Below, in pieces: positions 54,521 through 64,000 of a stretch of DNA of 64,000 nucleotides. Source of the DNA: Octopus sinensis (lineage: Eukaryota). A program made the position numbers and the translations under genes. The notes under the pieces were generated by a model that worked only from the letters and a program-made list of their open reading frames with translations, did not search any database and was not told the origin of the DNA. The DNA is taken from contig NC_042999.1 in the NCBI RefSeq assembly GCF_006345805.1, positions 117,180,001 through 117,244,000 of the forward strand, given 5' to 3'. The stretch's first letter is position 1. Each line of letters starts with the position of its first letter.

Positions 54521-56344
54521 AACTATACACATAACCACGCATTTCTTATTTCTTATAGAATGATAGCTTTGTTAATGTAACATTGTTATTGATAATATTT
54601 AGAACTACTTGCATAAAACTGGATTTGAAAACATTGGTAATATGTATTTGTCACAAACACTTTTTTGTTGTTATAGAAAATTACAACGGGGATACTAAAA
54701 ACTGTACCATATTGCGACATAACAAGAAACACAATTTTATTGGATCTTGTCAAACGTGGCAGAAATAGAACTGGTTTAAAATTTACTTAATATATAACTA
54801 ATTTTATTTTTCAGTGGCATGTACGAGAGGCAAGATCGGGCTTCATTTGTTTGCATTGAACTCTTCAGTGGAAGTGTCTACTCATAAAACCACATTGAAA
54901 TGGTCTGTTTTTGTGGTAGACGACAGTTGAGAGTTTTTGCAATTTCGTGCAGAATTACCTGCACAAATTATTTGTTTCTTTTGTGATCTAATGCTTGTGC
55001 TGTCTCCAGTTAAATTGACATTAACTGTAAAACTGTAAATGTGCATGGTAAGCCAAAAGTAAGATGTTAAAGTGATCGCAAAGTAACGTGAGATGACGTG
55101 CTTTTCGCAAGAACATAACACACCGCCGGTCCAAGAATGGAAACCACAATCTTGTGATCGTTGATGTAATGCTCTTATTATCCGTGTGGGAGAGGTTTAC
55201 CATAGTAATAGAAAGTATTACCGAAATAGTTGTATCAAATTGCCAATTAGACACACAGCACTGTGTAGTTGTAAGTGGCAGAGTAAAAGAATTAATGAAA
55301 ATTGATGACGCCAACCTCACGATAATTAACAGTAATTGATTGAAAGTATATTTCATGCTTAGAACTTGAAAAGATGAAGAAAAATTATATATGCAATAAA
55401 TGAAACATAATATTAGCCGACGAATAATGTTTCTTTTCATCGGAGGCATCTCTGTCGAATATATAATTTTATTTTGGCTTGTTTATCTTTTAAAGTTTGT
55501 GTATACTTTCTCCTTTAATTAATTGTTAATTATCATGTGGATGGTGTCTCAGAATAATTTATATTTTCTGTAATTCTTTTACTCTAACTTAAACAAATAT
55601 ATATATATCTCCATATGTTTCCACAGCCAATCGGTTACTGATACTTGGCCAAATCACACTGAGTTCACACTTCTACCGAAGAGATTTAATTGCTGTAAAA
55701 CTCATGAAGAGTTGTTTTTCAGTAATTACTGAAAGCAAAAATGATATTAGTCATCATTTAATATTATTTTCCTTTTAGAACTTACGTGATTTTATGTTCT
55801 AATTGTTAAAATTGCTTTAATAATGAATACAATAACAATATCTTCTTTCCATTCTACCGATTGTATATTGGGAAGCAATTCGAAGACTTCACAGAAAAAT
55901 TTATGGTAATTATATTAATTATTAACTCTCAATAAATTTATATTATTTTATAAATCATATCGACTTCTCTATTTGCGTTGTTTGCCGAAACTCGGTATCA
56001 TAGGCACAATTAATTACACTTTTACATGTTTAAGTCGTTAGAGATGCTTGTGTAATGATGAGCGCATTGTATGTGGTACATTTTGTGTCCGCAGACATAT
56101 ATCATTGATCACTTGGAGAGATCAGTTGCTGCAGCCAGTATAACTTTTTTGTTCCCTTTTAATGCTTTTGGCTCAAGATTTAGAGTAAGTTTCAAGCGGG
56201 AAGATTAGATATAAGCGATGGACAGATGCAGGTGTAATAGTGTAGTTAAGAACTTAGATTTGCAAACACGTGCTTTTGAATTTGATCCCATTGAGCAGAA
56301 TATTAGACAACGGATTAATCAATACTATGTGAGAGGAACCTTTA

Positions 56345-56640
56345 CACTACGATCCCACATCAATATGGACCGGAAGCCATAAAATTCTGGCTAGAAAGAT
56401 ACCCCAATGAGGTCCCGGAGAGAATAAAAAAAAATTATCATCGAAGGCCTTAAGCTAATCCTCCAAAACAACTTTTTGAATTTTGATAATAATACCTACA
56501 GCCAGGTATCAGGGACTACAATGGGTACTAAAGTTGCCCCTACTTATGCAAACCTGGTGATGGCATACATAAAATTACAAATTTATAAAGAATCGAAATC
56601 AAAATACGGCCTGTCTTTCTACAAATACCTGTTGGAGAAT
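56345..56640 (+). mobile_element. PLE RT fragment
   Basis: PHQYGPEAIKFWLE...FDNNTYSQVSGTTMGTKVAPTYANLVM is paralogous to the RT at 48000-48300. Confidence 0.85.
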
Positions 56641-56936
56641 CCCAACAAACACAACAAACATACACACACACACACAGACATACACACAATAACACACACC
56701 TCCCCAACAAATACAAGACACACAGACACACCCACACGTATGCACACACACTGCACTAACAATACAAACAAAACAAATCACTCACAAATACAGCACACAC
56801 ACATGTGCACCCACACACCCGGAAAACTACATAAATCATACCCACATATATACACACACACAATGCATACTCAGTACCATCATACACAGAACGTACACAC
56901 ACACATACACACCACCCGGATAAACCCAACACATAC

Positions 56937-56972
<36 letters not shown>

Positions 56973-57590
56973 CCTCTGATAAATACAACACACTCACACA
57001 CATACACACCCACACATACCCACACACACATACATATGCACCCTCACTCACATACGGTTACTCATACGCACACAAACACCACGAGGACAATTATAACAAC
57101 GCAAACATACTCAGACAGAGACACACACACACTCACATACACACGCATGTACACATACACACTCTCGTGCACACACATAACATCCCCACCAACACCAAAC
57201 GCACAAACATATACACGCACACACACAGACGCACACATACATACACGCGAACAAGCACATAAACACACATGCACACATACAACACCCCTACAAATACTAA
57301 TTACACAAATACACGCACACCACCAGGACAATTATAACAACACATGCATACTCAGACAGAGACACACACACTCATGCACACGCACACATAACATGTCCAC
57401 CAACGCAAAACAAACATACACATGCACACACAGACGCACACATAGACGCACACACAGACGCTCACATACACACATGCAAATAAGCACATCCACACACATG
57501 CACAAACACAACACCCTGACAAATTCTAATCACACACATACACACACACAAACGTGCACACATATACACATAATATCCTACCAAATATAA
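56640..57590 (+). repeat. About 950-bp degenerate (CA)-rich low-complexity tract with internal duplication
   Basis: CA-rich. ggacaattataacaac...atactcagacagagacacacac occurs at about 57085 and 57325. Confidence 0.85.
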
Positions 57591-58696
57591 AACAGAAGCA
57601 CATTTTTGTCTTAAATCCCAGCAATAGACCATTAAATATGTTCATGGAGAGAAAGATATTGAAAAATATTAAAACATCAGACTGACAAATAAGCGAAGAG
57701 GGCATGAGGTAGTCGTGAGATGTGCTAAAAACAACAGCTTAACCATGCACCCAAATTGTTTTGTTTTTGGTTTTTCTATAATCGTATGAATTCCCGTGTG
57801 TAGAACACAAATTCGCAAAATTTTCTGAAAATACCAAAAGATGAAAAAAGTTACGGGGGTCTGGGGGTTACATGGTTTGCGTAAAGCAGAAATTGATATT
57901 TCGGAACACTGGTACCGAAATACGCATTAATATGAAATCCGTTAAAGAAATAGTCCGCTATGTTATAGGAATACAAGAGAATATATATGTAGTATATTAG
58001 AGAATATTATACTTTTATACTTTCTTAGAAAAGTTGAAATGAATATTGTGGTAAATGAAATTAAAGAATAAGACAGCCGAGCGTCAAAAACTTACATTCA
58101 TGAAGACAATTGAGTTATTTCTTAAGTCGAAGACACAAGTTCGTCTCTTATTATCTATTCAGATGCGAAGTCAGTACTTTGATATTGCTTCAGCTGTTTG
58201 AAAATGAGGTCAGGATTTATATATATTTTCCATTACCTTTTACACATTTATATTACCAGACTAATTGGTCAAAAATCTGCTCGGAATCGACATCGTTAGA
58301 ATTTCAATTGCTTTTGCTGTTTCTGTAATTCATTTATTTAAACAAGAAAACAAGAAAGAGAAACAAAAAGAGAAAAATATATGATAAAATAAATTTTCTA
58401 AAAACCTATTTTGAAATTTTCTATTTCTACCTTAATTTTGTACAACCAATTTCACAAGATATCTCACTAGATTTCTATCTAAAATTACTTTCCTATTGTC
58501 CAGCCTATAAATATTTCGGTTGATGTTTGTGTTTTTTTCCCATTAGATATTCTTTTGCAATATTTTTTTTTTTGCTGTTGTAATATTTCGTTCAGATATT
58601 TCACATAATATTGCTATAATAACATCTCACTACATAATCTGCTTTGCCAATAAACGTTCAGACTGTTTCTGTTCTGATTTATAAATGTAGAAAGAG

Positions 58697-58761
<65 letters not shown>

Positions 58762-59448
58762 AGTGAGATAAAGGGGAACAAAGAGAGTAAAAAGGAGAGA
58801 AAGCAAGATGAAAGAGAGAGTGAAATACAAAAAAACAAAACAAATATACATACATCATACATCATACACACACATGTACACACACAGAAAAAGAGAAATC
58901 GTGAGAGAGAAAGAGCACCTTCAATATTTTGGACTAAGCACAAGAATCTTTTGCTGCTTTTTTTTTTTGCTTCAAGATAGATCTAGACCTAATTGAGCAG
59001 ACCGATGATCAAAGGCATTCTCACCAGTTATGCTGTCATTTTGCTAACCATGTCCATGCAGTCTTCGTTTTTAGGATTGTGAAATGAATTTTAATGGAGA
59101 TTCGGTTTCTTTTCCTAGCAATTCGATCGACCGTATGAAGACTCCTCTGTTGATCTGGCTCGTTCGCTTGGATGAAGTCTGCCATCCATTACGGGATTTG
59201 AACCAGGAAAGCAAAGAATTGGAACAAATACATCAAGGCATCTGTTTCAACAATTTTGCCTGTCCCCCACTGTCCTGAATTTGCTACTCTTATTCATTGA
59301 CTATGAAAGGATGAAAAGTAAAGTTGAAACTAGCAAGATTTGATCTCTGAGCGTATAGAGTCGAAAAAATACAGCGCGGAATTCGGTTTGTTGCTCTAAC
59401 AAATCTACTTACTGGCTACCAACGAAAAAGAAAGATAGATAGACAGAT

Positions 59449-59490
<42 letters not shown>

Positions 59491-60631
59491 AGGAAGAGAA
59501 AGAAAGCGAGAGAGAGAGAAGTGAGAGAGAGAGAAGTGAGAGAGAGAGAGAAGTGAGAGAGAGAGAGAAGTGAGAGAGAGAGAGAGAGAGAGAAAGCGAG
59601 TGAGAGAGATATAATGAGAGAATGGAAGAGAGAGAAAGCGAGGAAAATAGAAAAGAAAGGATAGAAAGAGAGTGTAATCACTGTGTGTGTATGTGCGTGT
59701 GCGCATAATCACTGTATGTGTGTGTGCACTATGTGTGTGTGTGTGTGTTCTCAAGAGTAGAGACAATTTAAAAGTAGGAACTGCTATGGAGAAAAAGCAG
59801 TGACATAGCTAATAAGGGAGAAAGAGGGGAAGGATATTTTTCAAAATTGGCACCTTCACAATAATTTTCCCCTCTTTAGCGATAAAAGTCGAATTACTCT
59901 TTCTCGTTTTTTTTTTTGTTAATCGCATGGCCTTGGAAGGACTTTCTGGAGTCATTACTTTATATGACTAATCCTCCGTGTTTCTTGGTGTTTTTTGGTG
60001 GATACAACAAATATTCTGTTCAGTATCACAGATTTGCTTGTCAGTTTGACCTTAACCAGCTGAGCATGTTCCTTAGTGGTTGACGATATGTGCGTCTCTG
60101 ATCACTAGCAGGAGTAGTGGAGGAGCATCATAGCCACGTGTTGAGAGGAATTCTTTGGATTTTGAATAATTCACTTCTGGAAACATGGATGCTTTATTCA
60201 TCATCCTTAAACAAACCTTTCTTAGGGATCTTTTCAGTGGGATAGGCTACTCGACCCGAAGAAAATTTTAACTGGGCCCCACTTTCAAGGTCATGCACTG
60301 TTTATCTTAATATGAGATCACCATGTCGTGCACATATAGTTGTGATGCATGTGCCTGGTGTATGTACTCTTATCAGACGGGTGGTCATGATTGATGGGTG
60401 TATAGGCTTTTTATATTTGTACCCCAGTGCTACTTTGATGCCATACGTTGCTTTCTTACGCACACGCACACACACACGCATACACACACACACACACGTA
60501 CACGAACACACACGTACACACACGCGCGCACACACACATACATACAGGAAAGACTCAGAATAGCAAGAGACTGACACGATCAAATTTATACATCATACAT
60601 ACATACATACATACATACATACATACATACA

Positions 60632-60667
<36 letters not shown>

Positions 60668-60689
60668 TGTAGATCTGCAACATTTGCTA

Positions 60690-60727
60690 ATTTCTGAAGA
60701 GAGGGTCATAACCCTGAAATATTGAAT
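60690..60727 (+). ncRNA. Degenerate minimal hammerhead-like motif
   Basis: AUUU-CUGAAGA-G-AGGGU(loop)ACCCU-GAAAU-AUU-GAAU. Stem I is only 4 bp and includes a U-G pair. Confidence 0.4.
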
Positions 60728-60879
60728 GCAAGGTAAGTCACCATTAATTCATATGCCTGTCTTCTTGTGATTTTCGTTGGATTTATTTCGCATTGTTCCG
60801 GCCTTACCCACGAATTTTTATATATATATAAAATATATATATATATATGTATGTATATCATCATAGACCTTTAGACAAT

Positions 60880-61365
60880 AACAGAGGAATTTAAAACAGA
60901 GTGCCCCTGAAAGCTCTTGTATGTTGATAACCTTGTTCTTATAGTTGAATTACCCCCAGAGATACGGGAGAAGTTTCAGCTATGGAAGCAAGGTATAGAA
61001 TCGAAGGGCCTTAGAGTTAACCTAGCAAAAACCGAAATCGTAGTAAGTAGGAAGGCAGACAAATCACAAATCCCTTCAGGTAGATGGCTTTGCTCGATCT
61101 GTAGGAAACTCCTTACGCGGTGTAAGCTATGGACACATAAGAGGTGCAGCAATATCAGAGGAAGGTTAACAGGGAAATAGCTTTTGTGTGTGGAAGATGC
61201 ACAGGTACAATAAACACCAAAAATATACAGAAAATAGACTTCATCAACTGCCAGTGGTGTAAGCTAGAGGTAGTTGATAGCTTTCGTTATCAAGGTGAGC
61301 AAGTTAGTAGTGGAGGTGGATGCTCCGAGATCATAGCTGTGAGAATAAAAATAGGCTGGGCAAAG
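60880..61365 (+). mobile_element. RTE LINE RT fragment with PHD-like Cys/His insertion
   Basis: LLYVDNLVL (YADD region), KGLRVNLAKT, CSICRK...CKLWTHKRC...FVCGRC, LEVVDSFRY.G, RIKIGWAK. Confidence 0.85.
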
Positions 61366-62353
61366 GAGTGGTTAGCGTTAGGAAGGTCATCCAGCCATAG
61401 AAACCATGCCAAATCAGACTGGAGTCTGGTGCAGCCCTCCAGCTTACCAGCCCTGATCAAACCGTCCAGTGTCCAGACTTTCTTCATAAGCTCTGAGACT
61501 AGCAGGAGTGACCAAAAAAATAAAAAATAAAAATGGACATCGCGAGTGAATGTGAGAAACTGAATGTAACGCCGCAATAAAGGTAGTCAAGGATCACTTG
61601 GAAGTGTTAAACAAGGTTACAGGGTAAATATTCCACCAGCTTAGACCATGACATGATTTGAGTCCAGGACACAACCAGCTTGAACAGTAACGACTGTATG
61701 AATGCACGCATGCATACTCACACACACATAGGCACGCACGCACACACGCATAGATGCACACATACGTATGCACACATATATGAATATACAGGTATTTACT
61801 TTGGTAACTGGAAGATTATTACCTCATGGTCATCAGTGCTACTTTATCAGTTTGGGAGATTCTAAGCTTGGAATGAAGCGGTTGGCCACAATGATGCATT
61901 GGACTTTCTAATTCCTACAATAATTCTTACTCTTCAGACATATTAATTTCTCTCATTCTTGCAATTAACAGTACAAAGTACACCCTGATTGTTGTTCTAC
62001 ACCAATGCTCCATCATATACATATTAATTTTTAATGATTCGTGACAAATTGCAAACTGCTTCATTCCAATGAACTTGTCAAATTTGACAAGTTCGAGACA
62101 AATTGTAATTTGTCACGAATCATTAAAATTCATAAATTAAATATTTAATCTGGATGTTTAGTTTCAGACTGGTTACTATTCTCATTACTACTTGCACTTC
62201 GTATGTATGTATGTATGTATGTATGTATGTATGTATGTATGTATGTATGTATGTATGTATGTATGTATGTATGTATGTATGTATGTATGTATGCATGTAT
62301 GTATGTATGTATGTATGTGTGTGTGTATGTATGTATGTATGTATGTATGTATG

Positions 62354-63964
62354 TCATTATTCAGTTTATTTAAATATTTCTTGCCAATAAAGAACCGGGG
62401 TCTAACCTAGATCCAAGGCTTCTTCATTGGAATTTCAACATCAACATCAGGGTATGTATGTATGTATGTATGTATGTATGTATGTATGTATGTATGTATG
62501 TATGTATGTATGTATGTGTGTATGTATGTATGTATGTGTGTATGTATGTATGTATGTATGTATGTATGTATGTATGTATGTATGTATGTATGTACGTATG
62601 TATGTGCAGATTTGTACGTTTTATGTATGTATTCTCAAGCATATAGTTGCATATCTAGACATGCTCATATATATTTAAATGATAAACTTCTGGAAAGTTT
62701 TACAGATTTTTACAGTCGCAGTGACGGATCGGATCTGTAGTCCTCGAATTAGCTTTCTCCTTTCTGATTTTGAGAAGCTTAATTTCTCACGATTGGTATT
62801 TAGGCAATGTGTTACATATACCAGGGCCCCAATAATTACAGGTTTAAACCTGAACCAAATCTGGATAGAGTAACTGCAGATTTCTCAATAGTTCAGCATA
62901 GGTATTCTCTTTTTCACTGATCTTCAGTTTTATGTTAACATCCACTGGACTGCTAATTTTCACAACTGTGAACAGTTTCTCTTCTCTATTCCAAATCATT
63001 ATATCAGGTCTGTTGTGCTTACATTTTATTGAGGTCTTCACTGGTACATTCCACTAGTATTCCATTTTATTATGACTATTACCATATTGTGGGTTCTTAT
63101 TTATTTGTCCTCGGGATTATAGTTCCAATGGATTTCATTGTAGAGTGTCCTAGCTACAACATCATGTCTCATCGGTAAATACTACCGTGATGACATTTTC
63201 GGACAATTGCTTATGATGAGGGTGATATCCACAAAGTCTGCATAGGTTGTCACATTTTTACGGCTTTCCCTGCATCTCTATCCCTTTTGTGCATCAGGTA
63301 CTTGGTTGATATTTCCTGTTCCTGGATTACAAACGCATACCCTTCAAAGTGGGAGGTAGTAATCCGTCTATTGGTTCATGATAAACTGCTTTGATGATCG
63401 ATGTTACTATCATCACGGAGCTTTCTACTGACATATCCGTGCATAGTCTTCTGCTCATATGGACTCATCCTCTCATCTGATGATACGTTGCGGTAGAGTC
63501 GTGCGACTTCTTTGGGCATGTATTCTAGGTTATCAAAGAGTGTGGCTCAGGGAGCTGCCTTCCAAGTCATATGATGTAATCAGCTTCATGTATGCAAACT
63601 TGGTCAAGGAATGCACTTCGACACTTGGTGGTTACAAGATGTTGCCAAAGGGATATGATGTGACATTCAAAGACATTTTGAAATGATGTTAAGCCTCTGT
63701 CGCCTTGTTTTCGTTTTAGGTAGAGGCGGTCTACATCACTGTTTATGTGGAAATTATTTGTGCGTGTTAGTATTTTCGGGTTTTCACACCAATGGCTCGG
63801 ATATCCTCAAGCGACAAATCAAGCAGCCCAAATGTTGGTATGAGTACTGGCACTGCAAACACATTGTGGGCAATTGTTTTATTGAATGCTGAGAGTTCTG
63901 AGGTCCAAGTTATTTTTATTCGGCTGTAATATTCTTTAGTGACACGTGTTTTGTTACAGGTGCT
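62354..63964 (-). mobile_element. 5'-truncated Dong/R4-type LINE (CCHC + restriction-like endonuclease) embedded in (TATG)n
   Basis: SHFEGYAFVIQEQEISTKYL, CRLC...CPK, RHDVVA and HNRPDIMIW...KEN.Y. (TATG)n lies at 62203-62353, at 63965-63998 and internally at 62452-62605. Confidence 0.88.
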
Positions 63965-64000
63965 ATGTACGTATGTATGAATGTATGTATGTATGTATAC

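Overview
This is AT-rich, microsatellite-dense eukaryotic DNA. The SINE and LINE repertoire suggests a coleoid cephalopod, probably Octopus (inference). The only host gene I can support is the last two coding exons of mitochondrial 3-hydroxyacyl-CoA dehydrogenase (HADH, + strand, 9683-9799 and 11880-11998); its upstream exons appear to lie outside the window. The rest is a transposon landscape: several tRNA-derived SINE families, RTE, CR1/Jockey, Tx1/L1 and Dong/R4-type LINE remnants, two Helitrons, a mariner, a hAT remnant, MITE-like fold-backs and several Penelope-like elements (PLEs). The most notable locus is a young PLE composite at about 43.76-49.70 kb, embedded in (TA)n. It has a tandem pLTR-ORF-pLTR unit plus a 1.8-kb inverted arm. 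Each of its three pLTRs carries an identical minimal hammerhead ribozyme with a non-canonical U3-A8 core. Further hammerhead-like motifs occur at 23.84, 38.02 and 60.69 kb. The 23.84-kb motif forms the 3' part of a tRNA-headed SINE-like unit, which suggests a Pol III-driven, ribozyme-bearing non-autonomous retroelement. No CRISPR, rRNA or genuine tRNA genes were seen. All alignments and folds were done by eye.
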